Assembly (NCBI GenBank): GCA_963724405.1
Contig: CAVRUQ010000003.1
Span: 1,722,140 to 1,786,139, forward strand
DNA length: 64,000 bases
Source: an uncultured Solirubrobacterales bacterium
GTDB taxonomy: Bacteria; Actinomycetota; Thermoleophilia; Solirubrobacterales; Solirubrobacteraceae
Direction: 5' to 3'
Each line of letters starts with the position of its first letter. The first letter of the stretch is position 1. A program made the translations under genes and the position numbers. The notes beneath the pieces are model-generated. The model was not told the origin of the DNA and searched no databases. It worked only from the letters and a program-made list of their open reading frames with translations. Below, piece after piece: positions 29,558 through 39,247 of this stretch.

Positions 29558-30253
29558 GTGAAGCGGATCGGCCTACTCGGCGGAATGAGCTGGGAATCCT
29601 CGGCCGAGTACTACCGATTCGTCAACGAGGCGGTCCGGGCCCGTCTCGGCGGTCTGCACTCGGCCGACTGCCTCCTGCGCTCGGTCGACTTCGCCGAGAT
29701 CGAGGCGATGCAGCGGGCCGGCGACTGGGTGGAGGCGGGGAGCCGGCTTGCCGGCGAGGCGCGGGCGCTGGTGACCGGCGGGGCCGAGCTGATCGTGCTC
29801 TGCACGAACACGATGCACAAGGTCGCCGACGCGATCGCGGACGGCCTCGGCGTTCCGCTCGTGCACATCGCCGACACCACCGCCGACGCCGTGCACGCGT
29901 CCGGGCTGCAGACCGTCGGCCTGCTGGCGACCGCGTACACGATGGAACAGGACTTCTACGTCGGCCGGCTGCGAGAGCGCCACGGGCTCGAGGTGATCGT
30001 CCCCTGCGCGGACGACCGCCGGCTCGTGCACGACGTCATCTACGAGGAGCTCTGCCGCGGCGTCGTGCTCGAGACGTCACGGAGCGTGTACCGGGCCGTG
30101 ATGCGACGCCTGGTCGCCGCCGGGGCCGAGGGGATCCTGCTCGGCTGCACCGAGATCGAGCTCCTCGTCGGCCCCGACGACGCGCCGGTTCCCCTGTTCG
30201 ACACGACCCGGCTGCACGCCGAGCGTGCCGTCGAGCTCGCGCTCGCGACCTGA
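29558..30253 (+). CDS. Asp/Glu/hydantoin racemase family protein
   Basis: N-terminal RIGLLGGMSWESSAEYY and a second-half LGCTE motif pair (two catalytic Cys regions). GTG start near 29549-29558. Confidence 0.8.
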   Translation: MKRIGLLGGMSWESSAEYYRFVNEAVRARLGGLHSADCLLRSVDFAEIEAMQRAGDWVEAGSRLAGEARALVTGGAELIVLCTNTMHKVADAIADGLGVPLVHIADTTADAVHASGLQTVGLLATAYTMEQDFYVGRLRERHGLEVIVPCADDRRLVHDVIYEELCRGVVLETSRSVYRAVMRRLVAAGAEGILLGCTEIELLVGPDDAPVPLFDTTRLHAERAVELALAT

Positions 30254-30260
30254 GCATCGG

Positions 30261-30923
30261 TCAGTGCTTGCTCGCCTCCTGGGTGGCGAGCGCGAGCGCC
30301 GCGTCCCAGTCGATGACGATGTACTGGTCCCCGCGATCGGGGAGTCGCTTGGCCGGCACCGTGTTGCCCGGGTAGATGAGCGGCACGGCGTCGGCGGGCA
30401 CCGGGTTGCCCACCTGCACCTGGTAGGGCGCCCGGCCGTCGGCCATCACCGTCAGCAGGAACGCGTACATGTCCTTGCCGGCCTGGTTGCGCGTCCCGAG
30501 CGGCTGCGACTGGACGATGACGGCGCGGCAGTGCTCGCCGTATTCGAGGACCTCGGCGGCCGAGCTCGTGTTCGGATCGCCGTTCGCCGCCATCGTCACG
30601 GTCGGTGGCGCCTCGTTGAGCGACAGCGCGATCTCCGAGTGGTCGTTCGGGTTCACGCGCACGGCGACGGTCGGCTGACCGCTGATGAGCTGCGGCAGGA
30701 CGGTCGCCATGATCGCCTGGCGGCACGTGGCGGTGTAGCGCGGCTCGTTGTCGAGCTGGACCTCGACGGTGAACACGCAGACGTGCGCCGGGTTGAAGTC
30801 GGCGCCCACGCTCACCGAGGTCTGCTTGACGTCGACGATGATGCCCCGTCCGAGGAGCCCGTCCTCGAGCAGCTTCTCCGACACCGAGCCGGTCAGGTTG
30901 CGCAGCTTGCCGAACAGGCCCAT
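30261..30923 (-). CDS. Hypothetical protein with two tandem beta-barrel-like repeats (220 aa)
   Basis: Start at the Met at 30923, preceded by an AAGGAG RBS. Two similar ~90-aa segments (GRGIIVDVKQTSV... and GEHCRAVIVQSQPLG...). No database-recognisable motif. Confidence 0.4.
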   Translation of the reverse strand: MGLFGKLRNLTGSVSEKLLEDGLLGRGIIVDVKQTSVSVGADFNPAHVCVFTVEVQLDNEPRYTATCRQAIMATVLPQLISGQPTVAVRVNPNDHSEIALSLNEAPPTVTMAANGDPNTSSAAEVLEYGEHCRAVIVQSQPLGTRNQAGKDMYAFLLTVMADGRAPYQVQVGNPVPADAVPLIYPGNTVPAKRLPDRGDQYIVIDWDAALALATQEASKH

Positions 30924-31003
30924 CTGGATCTCCTTCTCGTCGTGCTGGTCTGGCGGTCGGAGCCAGTCTCGCCCCGCGCCGACCGCCGCGCAGTGCCGGA
31001 TGG

Positions 31004-31357
31004 GTGTCAACCTGCTGTCGAGTTGCTGCCGACGAGCGTGACCCTTCCGCGGGCGGGCCCGAGGCGGCTGCCGGGCGCCGAGAGTTTGATGAGATTCTCC
31101 TGCACGGTACGCGCCTCGACTGGTACAACTCCGCCGTGGCCTCTGACGAGCAAGTGTCCGGACTGTCGGGCCGGCTGACGATCGCCACGCGCGGCGCCGC
31201 CGGGCCCGGCGAGGTGAGCCTCCGCACGGCGGGTGGCACCGAGTCCTACATCGCCTTCTCCGAAGTGCCGATTCCCCGAGGGGCGACCGTGCTCGTGCTG
31301 AGCTTCGAGGGCGCCAGGACGGTCAACGTCATGCCCTGGCAGGAACCAGCCGCCTGA
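31004..31357 (+). CDS. NfeD-like OB-fold protein (short form, no TM)
   Basis: C-terminal segment GEVSLRTAGGTESYIAFSEVPIPRGATVLVLSFEGARTVNV matches the NfeD C-terminal beta-barrel pattern. Sits immediately upstream of the flotillin gene. Confidence 0.35.
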   Translation: MSTCCRVAADERDPSAGGPEAAAGRREFDEILLHGTRLDWYNSAVASDEQVSGLSGRLTIATRGAAGPGEVSLRTAGGTESYIAFSEVPIPRGATVLVLSFEGARTVNVMPWQEPAA

Positions 31358-31400
31358 CCGGCCGCGCGGCGCGGCAATCCCCGAAAGGACTGAGGAGAAC

Positions 31401-32600
31401 ATGCTCGGAATCAGAGTGCCCGAACCCGATGAGGCGATGCTCATCGCCGGCGGCAAGAGCGGCAACGACGGCGCGCCGTTCCGGGTTGTCGTCGGCCACA
31501 GGGCGTTCGTACTGCCCTTCATCAACCATGTCAGCTTCCTCACGCTGGCGATGTGCGAGGCAGAGGTCGCCGAGCAGTGCGTCACCAAGCAGGGCATCTC
31601 CTTGCAGGTGAAGGCGGTCATCGCCTTCAAGGTCGGCAACGACGTCGACAGCATCATCAATGCCGGTCAGCGCTTCCTGTCCGACCAGAATCAGATGACC
31701 GTCCTCACCGGGCGCATCTTCGCCGGGCACCTGCGCTCGATCGTCGGGTCGATGACCGTCGAGGAGATCGTCACCGAGCGCCAGAAGCTCGCCGAGCAGG
31801 TCCTCGACGGATCCAAGGGGGAGATGGCCAAGATGGGCCTCGTCGTCGACTCCCTGCAGATCCAGTCGATCGACGACCTGGACAGCGGCTACATCGCCTC
31901 GATGGCGGCGCCGCACACTGCAACGATCCAGCAGGCGGCGAAGATCGCCCAGGCCGAGGCGAACCGGGCCGCGGCCGAGGCGGAGCAGGAGTCCGCGCGC
32001 AAGCAGGCCGAGTACGAGCGTGACACGGTGCTGGTGCGCGCCAAGTACAAGGCCGAGACCGACAAGGCCGAGGCCCAGGCGAATCAGGCCGGTCCGCTCG
32101 CGCAGGCCGAAGCCGAGCAAGGGGTGACCGACAAGCAGGCCGAGCTCGCCACTCGCCAGGCCGAGCTGCGCCGGCAACAGCTCCTGGCCGAGATCGTCCG
32201 CCCGGCCGAGGCGGAGGCCGAGAAGGTGAAGACGCTCGCCGCAGCCAACGCCGACGCGACCAAGCTCGAAGCCGAGGCCGCCGCATCGAACAACCGAGTC
32301 GCACTCGAGCGCATGCTCATCGAGCAGCTCCCGGACATCGTGGCGGCGGCCGCGCAAGGACTGGCCGGCGCCAACGTCAGCGTCCTCAACGGGACCGACG
32401 GACTGAGCGACATCGTGGCGGGGCTCGCCGGCCAGGGCCTGAGCATTCTCGACGTGATCCGCGGCCGGATGCCGGATGGCGGATCGTCCGCGAACGGGCC
32501 GGGCCCGAGCACTCACGCCCCGTCCTCGGCCTCGCAGGCCTCCGACGCCGCCGCGCTCTCGAGCGGCGACGACACTCAGGCCGGGACCGACAGCCGATGA
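31401..32600 (+). CDS. Flotillin / SPFH (band 7) family protein
   Basis: SPFH domain followed by a long Ala/Glu-rich coiled-coil (AEAEQESARKQAEYERD..., EAEKVKTLAAANADATKLEAEAAA). GAGGAG RBS upstream. Confidence 0.85.
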   Translation: MLGIRVPEPDEAMLIAGGKSGNDGAPFRVVVGHRAFVLPFINHVSFLTLAMCEAEVAEQCVTKQGISLQVKAVIAFKVGNDVDSIINAGQRFLSDQNQMTVLTGRIFAGHLRSIVGSMTVEEIVTERQKLAEQVLDGSKGEMAKMGLVVDSLQIQSIDDLDSGYIASMAAPHTATIQQAAKIAQAEANRAAAEAEQESARKQAEYERDTVLVRAKYKAETDKAEAQANQAGPLAQAEAEQGVTDKQAELATRQAELRRQQLLAEIVRPAEAEAEKVKTLAAANADATKLEAEAAASNNRVALERMLIEQLPDIVAAAAQGLAGANVSVLNGTDGLSDIVAGLAGQGLSILDVIRGRMPDGGSSANGPGPSTHAPSSASQASDAAALSSGDDTQAGTDSR

Positions 32601-32681
32601 ACGGGACTCGGCGGCTCTGCTCGCTCGCGCGCGGGCCGAGCAGCCGTGGGCGTCGGGCATCGGAGCGCTACGGTCTGCATC

Positions 32682-33545
32682 GTGCGGGTGGCCACCTGGA
32701 ACGTCAACTCGGTCAGGCAACGCCTCCCACGGCTCCTGCCATGGCTGGACGAGCGGCGGCCGGAGGTCGTCTGCCTGCAGGAGACCAAGCTCGCCGACGA
32801 CGCCTTTCTCGAGCTGCTCGGCGACGAGCTCACCGGGCGCGGATACGAGATCGCCGTCCACGGTGAGCCGGCCTGGAACGGCGTGGCCATCCTCTCCCGC
32901 GCGGGTCTGGACGACGTGGTGAAGGGTCTTCCCGGTGCGCCGGGCTTCCCGGATCCGGAGGCGCGAGCCGTGGCCGCGACGTGCGGCGGCGTCCGCATCG
33001 TCTCCGTCTACGTCCCCAACGGCCGCGAGCCGGACTCGGACCACTACCGGTACAAGCTCGCCTGGCTCGCTTCGCTGCGCGAGACGGTGGCCGCGGGCCC
33101 CGAGGCCATGATCGTCTGCGGGGACATGAACATCGCTCCGACCGACGACGACGTGTTCGATCCTCAGGCCTACGTCGGTCATACCCACGTCACGCCCCCG
33201 GAGCGCGCCGCGCTCGCGGAGCTTCGCGATGCCGGCCTCCACGACGTCGTGCGCGACCGGTGGCCCAACGAGCGGGTGTTCACGTACTGGGACTACCGGG
33301 CCGGCATGTTCCACCAGGACCTCGGCATGCGGATCGATCTGGTGCTCGCATCCGCGAGCGTCGAAGAGCGCGTCAAGGCCGCATGGGTGGACCGTCAGGC
33401 CCGTAAGGGGCGCGGTCCGAGCGACCACGCGCCGGTGATCGTCGACCTCGACGAGGCGCCGGACGGGGACATCGGTCCGGTCGTACCGCCACCCTCTGCG
33501 CCGGTCACGGTCCGCGGGGCGGCCAAGCTGCCGCAGTCGCGCTGA
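32682..33545 (+). CDS. xthA: Exodeoxyribonuclease III (AP endonuclease)
   Basis: N-terminal VRVATWNVNS, the LQETK motif and a C-terminal SDHAPV motif. GTG start at 32682 or nearby. Confidence 0.85.
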   Translation: MRVATWNVNSVRQRLPRLLPWLDERRPEVVCLQETKLADDAFLELLGDELTGRGYEIAVHGEPAWNGVAILSRAGLDDVVKGLPGAPGFPDPEARAVAATCGGVRIVSVYVPNGREPDSDHYRYKLAWLASLRETVAAGPEAMIVCGDMNIAPTDDDVFDPQAYVGHTHVTPPERAALAELRDAGLHDVVRDRWPNERVFTYWDYRAGMFHQDLGMRIDLVLASASVEERVKAAWVDRQARKGRGPSDHAPVIVDLDEAPDGDIGPVVPPPSAPVTVRGAAKLPQSR

Positions 33546-33569
33546 CGGTTGTCTCCCCCCGTGTCCGGC

Positions 33570-34658
33570 CTACCGGCCGGGACGCTCGCGGTCGCGAGAG
33601 GGCTGTACGCGCTTCGGCTCGCCCGGCATCTTCGGGTAGTCCGGCGGGTATGGCATGTCTCCCTGACCTTCGCCGAGGTCGCGCTCGTAGAGGTCGAGCA
33701 GCGGCTGAAGCGAGTGGGCGACATCGTCGATCGTCGCGTGTCGGTCGCCGAGCTCGGCGAAGCGGGCCGGCATCGTGGCCACGGTGAAATCCTCGGGCTG
33801 GACCTCGCCGAGCTCCTCCCACGCCAGCGGGGCGGACACGGGCGCGCCGGGTTTCGGGCGCACGCTGTAGGCCGACGCGATCGTGCGGTCGCGCGCGTTC
33901 TGGTTGTAGTCGACGAAGATGCGCTCGCCGCGCTCCTCCTTCCACCACTTCGTCGTCACCTCGTCCGGGAGGCGACGCTCGAGCTCGCGTCCGAATGCGA
34001 TCGCCGCGTGACGGACGTCGGTGAACGTCCAACGCGGCTCGACGCGGACGTAGATGTGGACACCGCGGCCGCCCGAGGTCTTCGGAAATCCGAGGTAGCC
34101 GAGCTCGCCCAGCAGCGCGTGCGCCTCGGCGGCGACGCGCACGGCGTCGGCGAAGTCCGTCCCGGGCTGGGGGTCGAGGTCGATCCGCAGCTCGTCCGGG
34201 TGATCGACGTCCTCGCGCCGCACGGGCCAGGGGTGGAACGTGATCGTGCCCATCTGCGCCGCCCAGGCCACGACCGCCACCTCGGTGGGTGCGATCTCAT
34301 CCGCGTGGCGACCCGAGGGAAACTCGATCCGTGCGGTCTGGACGTAGTCGGGCGCACCCTGCGGAACGCGCTTCTGGAAGAAGGCGTCGCCGCCGCCCCG
34401 CTCGCGCGTCGACACCACCACCCCGGGATGCACGCCCTTCGTCCAACGCTCGAGTGTCGTCGGCCGGCGGCAGAGCGCCCGCATGATCCCGTCATCCACG
34501 GCGAGGTAGTAGCGCACGACGTCGAGCTTGCTCACCGCGTCCGTGCGGTCGGTCGGCGGGAAGATGACGCGGTCCGGGTTGGAGACGCGCACGTCCCGCC
34601 CACCGGCGTCGATGACAACGGCCTCAGGCCCACCCATGCCCCGGAGTTGTATCGGCAA
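33570..34658 (-). CDS. Stand-alone LigD polymerase/primase domain (NHEJ PolDom)
   Basis: KTSGGRGVHIYV signature and the surrounding primase-polymerase fold. No ligase or nuclease domain in the ORF. Confidence 0.8.
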   Translation of the reverse strand: MPIQLRGMGGPEAVVIDAGGRDVRVSNPDRVIFPPTDRTDAVSKLDVVRYYLAVDDGIMRALCRRPTTLERWTKGVHPGVVVSTRERGGGDAFFQKRVPQGAPDYVQTARIEFPSGRHADEIAPTEVAVVAWAAQMGTITFHPWPVRREDVDHPDELRIDLDPQPGTDFADAVRVAAEAHALLGELGYLGFPKTSGGRGVHIYVRVEPRWTFTDVRHAAIAFGRELERRLPDEVTTKWWKEERGERIFVDYNQNARDRTIASAYSVRPKPGAPVSAPLAWEELGEVQPEDFTVATMPARFAELGDRHATIDDVAHSLQPLLDLYERDLGEGQGDMPYPPDYPKMPGEPKRVQPSRDRERPGR

Positions 34659-34900
34659 CGGCGCTTCGGGCGCACGCCGTGGTCACACCGCTGCTGACGG
34701 TCGTCAACCTCGATCGGTTTCAATGCCGCCTTCGGGATCGGCTCGGCCGGGTCCAGCGAGGGGATAGTGTGCGTGCCCCCGGACCGGCCCTCCCCCAGCC
34801 CCGCCCTGGCGAGGATCGCCTGGAGAACGGCCCGATCGGCCGGGCGGCGGCGAATGGCCGGCTTGTGGGAGCCCGCGGCCGGCCTACCGCGGCGAGCAAA

Positions 34901-35986
34901 ATGGCGACGGTTTCAGAGGATCAGCTCGTATATGTCCATGGCGGCGAGCTCAGTCTGCGACGGGAGCAGAGCCGAGCTCATGGTGAGCTCGTCATCGTCG
35001 ACAGCGTGGGTGAGCGCGTCACGGACGACGAAACGCTGGCGCGGATCAAGGCTCTGGCGATCCCGCCGGCGTGGACGGACGTCTGGATCGCCCTTGACCC
35101 GAACGCGCACCTGCAGGCGACCGGGCTCGATGCCAAGGGGCGACGCCAGTACCGGTATCACCCGCTCTGGCGGGCGCGGCGCGACGAGGAGAAGTTCGAG
35201 GACATGCTCGAGTTCGCGCAGCGGCTGCCAACGGTCAGGTCAACGGCCCGAGAGCTTCTCGGCTCCGACAGCCCACGTCGAGAGCACACCCTCGCCCTTG
35301 CGGTTCGGTTGCTCGACATCGGGTTCTTCAGGGTGGGATGGGATCGGTACGCGCGCGACAACGGCCACGTCGGTCTCACCACGCTGCGGCGCGAGCACGT
35401 GTCGGTCCGCGGCTCGGAGATCCACTTCGACTACATCGCGAAGTCCGGCAAGCGCCGTCGGATGGTGGTGAGGGACCCCCAATCGAGACAAGCCCTCGCC
35501 GCGCTCAAGCGCCGCCGCGGTCTGCCGGACGAGCTCCTCGCCTACCGCTCGCGGGATGATTGGCGGCGCGTCCACGCCGCCGACGTCAACGATGCCATCC
35601 GCAGCTGGGCTGACGGCCCATACTCGGCCAAGGAGTTCCGCACGTGGGCGGCGACGGTGCTCGCAGCGGTCGCGCTCGCCCGCCAGCACGCTTGCGCCAA
35701 GAGCGGCCAGCGGGCGGTCAATCGGGCGGTGCGCGAAGTGAGCACGGCGCTCGGAAACACACCGACGGTGGCCCGGAAGAGCTACATCGATCCGCGTGTG
35801 ATCAGCCGGTTCGAGGAGGGCGTGGTCATCGATCTTGCCGACCGAACGCCCGCAGCCGCCGCCCCGCTGCGCATCGAGTCGACCGCCGACGGCATCGTGA
35901 TCGAGATGCCGACCGACGTGGACGGCGATGCGATTCGCCTCGAGACCGAGCGGCAGGTGTGGGACCTGCTGCGGACGGGGACATAA
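34901..35986 (+). CDS. DNA topoisomerase IB (poxvirus-type)
   Basis: Motifs LAIPPAW, DAKGRRQYRYHP, GLTTLRREHV, FDYIAKSGKRR and a C-terminal NTPTVARKSYIDP containing the S-K-x-x-Y catalytic tyrosine motif. Start at the ATG at 34901. Confidence 0.8.
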   Translation: MATVSEDQLVYVHGGELSLRREQSRAHGELVIVDSVGERVTDDETLARIKALAIPPAWTDVWIALDPNAHLQATGLDAKGRRQYRYHPLWRARRDEEKFEDMLEFAQRLPTVRSTARELLGSDSPRREHTLALAVRLLDIGFFRVGWDRYARDNGHVGLTTLRREHVSVRGSEIHFDYIAKSGKRRRMVVRDPQSRQALAALKRRRGLPDELLAYRSRDDWRRVHAADVNDAIRSWADGPYSAKEFRTWAATVLAAVALARQHACAKSGQRAVNRAVREVSTALGNTPTVARKSYIDPRVISRFEEGVVIDLADRTPAAAAPLRIESTADGIVIEMPTDVDGDAIRLETERQVWDLLRTGT

Positions 35987-36139
35987 GGCCTGGGTCGTGG
36001 CCGCCGTTGCGCTCGAGCTCGACTCCAGCGTCAGCTTCGTGGTCCTCTACCGGGTGTTCTTCGATCGTGTCGACGGTCGCGACGCGCCGGCGGTGATCGG
36101 CGCCGACCGCCACCGGGCGCCGCCGGTGCGCCCAAAGGT

Positions 36140-37930
36140 TCATCGGCCGAGGTCGAGCAGGTCCTGGTACAGGGCGAGTGAGGCCTCGGCGATCCGCTCG
36201 ATGACAGCCTGCTCGCCCGGGCCGGCGGCGACGACCGGCAGCCAGACGACTCCCTGCCGCGTGACATTGACGTCCCGGTCGCGCTCGAATTGATCGGCGA
36301 TCGTGAACCAGCCGGCCGGCCTGCCCGCCCGTTCGACCGCTGCGCCCCGGTCGGAAACCGATGTCCGCTGCGCCCGGTGGGTCACCGTAACCGTGACCGG
36401 CTCGCCTGGCCCGTAGGCCAGTGCGGTCGTGACGGTGTCGTCGGTGCGCGCCTCGTGAGCGGCAAGGAGGAGCTGCGCCCTGGTCTGACCGTGGTGCTCG
36501 GCCCACCCGGCCGGCGTCGCGTCGTGGCCCGTGTCGCGCAGATTCGGGTTCGCGCCGTGGTCGAGCAGCAGCTCGGTGATCGCGAGGTTGCCTCGCATCG
36601 CCGCCTCGTGCAGCGGAGTGGTCCGTTCACGAGCGTTGACGTCGAAGCCGAGCTCGATCAGCTGCCGGACGCCCTCGACGTTGTCGCGGCGTGCGGCACG
36701 GATCAGCTGCGCTGGCTCACGGGCGATCGCGCGCTCGACGAGGGCCGGGTCGCCGGCGCGCATCGACTCCACCCTCTCGCGGTCGCCGGCCGTGGCGGCC
36801 GCCAGGAAGGCCTGGACGTCGTCGAGCGCCGAGCGCGCCCCGGCGACTTCGAGCATCGCCACGATCTCCTGGTCGCCCGACACCGCTGCCTCCTCGATCG
36901 GCGAGCGGCCCTCGTAGGTCGGGTGGCGGCTGCCCGTCCCGTCAGGGTCGGCTCCGTGGTCGAGCAGCAGCCGCACCCGGTGGGCGCGGCCATGGCCCGC
37001 GGCAGCCATCAGCGCGTCCTCGAGCATCTGCCGCGGACTGTCGTGTCGTTCTCCCAGCAGCCGGCGCCACGGCCCGCCGTCGCCGCGACCGAGCCCGAAC
37101 TCGAGCAGTAGCCTGAGCCATTCGTCGCCCGGGAAGCCGCCCATGTTGTAAACGGTCTGACCGTCGTTGGGATCGGCGCCGCGCTCGAGCAGTAACCGGG
37201 CGATCCGCAGGCCGTCCGGGTGCGCCGGGTCCGTGCCCTCGCCGCTGCCGAAAGCGCCGGTCAGGGCGGTGAACGGCGGGCACAGGCCCTCCCACAGAAA
37301 TCCGGCGTTCGGATCGGCGCCGTGGTCGAGCAGCAGCTCGGCGGTCTCGAACGCCGCCGGCGCCGCCACGCGCGAGTAGGTCAGATACAGCAGCGGCTGC
37401 CAGCGGTGCGGACCCGACGGGACCCGAACGGCACCCGGATCGCGCAGCAGCAGCTCGCGAGCCGCGTCGAGCGCGCCGACCGCGGCCATCGTGGCCAGGT
37501 TCGCCGTCGCGAGCTCCGGGGCGACGGCGAGCATCCGGTCGGCCTCCGCCCACCGAGCGGGTTCGTCGCCGCCGTAGGTCAGACACGCGAGTCGCAGGAA
37601 CTCGTCGGCCGGGCTCTCGCTCGGACCGACTTCATGCGGGGAGCGGGCAAGCGGCGCCACCAGCTCGAGGTGGGCCTTCAACGTCGGCCAGCTCGCGAAC
37701 CCGAACCGGCGCGCGATGACGAGCAGCGCATCGGCACGCGAGAACACGGCAAGCTCCGGCGAGCCGACAGTCGCGTCCCCGAGGCGGGGGTGGAACTCGC
37801 GCACGACCGCGGCGGCGCCGGCGTCGCCGGCGCGGACGGCGCGCTGGAACGACTTGGCACCGTTCTTCAACCGCTCCAGGTTGGCGTTGCCGGGAAGTCC
37901 GCGGGGTGGCACGTAGGCCTCCTTTCGCAC
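36140..37930 (-). CDS. Ankyrin repeat domain-containing protein (596 aa)
   Basis: Multiple ankyrin consensus repeats (TPLHEAAMRGNLAITELLLDHGANPN, LLLDHGADPDGTG, LLLERGADPNDG). Confidence 0.75.
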   Translation of the reverse strand: MRKEAYVPPRGLPGNANLERLKNGAKSFQRAVRAGDAGAAAVVREFHPRLGDATVGSPELAVFSRADALLVIARRFGFASWPTLKAHLELVAPLARSPHEVGPSESPADEFLRLACLTYGGDEPARWAEADRMLAVAPELATANLATMAAVGALDAARELLLRDPGAVRVPSGPHRWQPLLYLTYSRVAAPAAFETAELLLDHGADPNAGFLWEGLCPPFTALTGAFGSGEGTDPAHPDGLRIARLLLERGADPNDGQTVYNMGGFPGDEWLRLLLEFGLGRGDGGPWRRLLGERHDSPRQMLEDALMAAAGHGRAHRVRLLLDHGADPDGTGSRHPTYEGRSPIEEAAVSGDQEIVAMLEVAGARSALDDVQAFLAAATAGDRERVESMRAGDPALVERAIAREPAQLIRAARRDNVEGVRQLIELGFDVNARERTTPLHEAAMRGNLAITELLLDHGANPNLRDTGHDATPAGWAEHHGQTRAQLLLAAHEARTDDTVTTALAYGPGEPVTVTVTHRAQRTSVSDRGAAVERAGRPAGWFTIADQFERDRDVNVTRQGVVWLPVVAAGPGEQAVIERIAEASLALYQDLLDLGR

Positions 37931-38170
37931 TGGCCCGGCGTCCGCATGCTCGGGCCGGAAAGGAGACGGGCCGAAACGAGCACAGCTGAGCGACTCAGGC
38001 GGGCTTGGCCCTTTCCGCGGACCGGATGCGCCCCGCGCGCGAGCCTAAGCCTAGAGCTCCGGGACCCGAGACCACAAGGAGTCGGCACCTCGATCGCGAG
38101 CTTGCCGGTGTTCTCCCCCACTGTCTGTCGCGGTGCCCGCGGCGCGGGCAGGCCGCTTCGACGGGCCCGG

Positions 38171-39127
38171 TCACCGGCGGGTCGGCGAGAGCTCCCGCCG
38201 CGCCTGGGCGGCGAGGCGCTCGGCACGATCGCCGACCTCCTGGACGCGTACGAGCGCGTCTGCGACCGACCGCCGGCCGGTGCAGACCGACCAGCACTCG
38301 AGCATCGTTGGGCGCCCCCTGATCGCACCGGCCAGTCGCGCCAGCTCGCCCTCCTCGAGGCGGACGTGTCTCCGATACCGGGAGCTGACGACGTCGATCA
38401 GGCGTGGGTGCATCGAACCGGCGGCCCACAGCAGGACGCCGATCGCCCACACACGCGGTCCGCGTCCGGCGCCGGCCCAGTCGACGATGACGAGCTGCTC
38501 GTCGGCGGTGGGGATCGCGTTGCGCAGCACGAAGTCCGGGTGCACGAAGGCGTGCGGCAGGTCCGAGCAGTCGTCGCTCCGCTCGACCAGGTCGCAGAGG
38601 CGGTGGTAGTCGCCGAGATCGCGCAAGCCGATCTGGGACGCGTGCTCCTCCAGCAACTGCCGGGCCGCAGCGATCTCGTGTGCCGGCCCGCCGGTCGGCG
38701 AGAGGTGGTGCCAGGCGCCGCCCGCGCGCAGCCCCTCGGCCGAGTGGGCGCTGAGCCGTCCCAGCAGCGCACCGAGCAGTGCGGCCGAGCGGCCCGGCCG
38801 CAGCGGCGCGGCCGGCTCGACGAAGCCCGTCACGAGCACCGGCCGCCCGTCGAACATCGACACCGGATCCGCCGCAGCACAGCGCTCGGCGGGGAAGCCG
38901 CCGCGCTCGAGCGCCCGGAGGATCTGGGCGTCGGCCTCGGCCTCCGCGACCGGCCGGGCGCCGCTGAAGACGCGCGCGACCCAGCTCGGCCCGTCGGCGC
39001 GATCGATGCGCACCACGCTGACGTCGAGCGCCGCGGTCGCGGTCACCGCAACCCCGTAGCGGTCCGCCAAGTGCTCCGCGAGGCGGTCGCCGTTCACTGA
39101 TTCAAGGACGCCAGGGGCTGCCGTCAT
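38171..39127 (-). CDS. Aminoglycoside phosphotransferase-like (APH/CotS family) kinase
   Basis: Brenner motif region HPDFVLRNAI and VDWAGAG (APH-type catalytic loop and DFG-like). Start at the Met at 39127. Confidence 0.65.
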   Translation of the reverse strand: MTAAPGVLESVNGDRLAEHLADRYGVAVTATAALDVSVVRIDRADGPSWVARVFSGARPVAEAEADAQILRALERGGFPAERCAAADPVSMFDGRPVLVTGFVEPAAPLRPGRSAALLGALLGRLSAHSAEGLRAGGAWHHLSPTGGPAHEIAAARQLLEEHASQIGLRDLGDYHRLCDLVERSDDCSDLPHAFVHPDFVLRNAIPTADEQLVIVDWAGAGRGPRVWAIGVLLWAAGSMHPRLIDVVSSRYRRHVRLEEGELARLAGAIRGRPTMLECWSVCTGRRSVADALVRVQEVGDRAERLAAQARRELSPTRR

Positions 39128-39247
39128 GCGCCTCAACTCTGAACGATGGCCGGCGCGTCGGCATCGATGGCCTCCCGCGCGCATCGGCATTCGCCCCCAG
39201 GACGAAGCCGTCCGCCGACGAGCAGCCATCGCTCAACCGCTCGTCCT

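Noticed and set aside
31329-33428. 699-aa minus-strand ORF
   Set aside because: Antisense to the flotillin and xthA genes, which have strong motif support and RBS.
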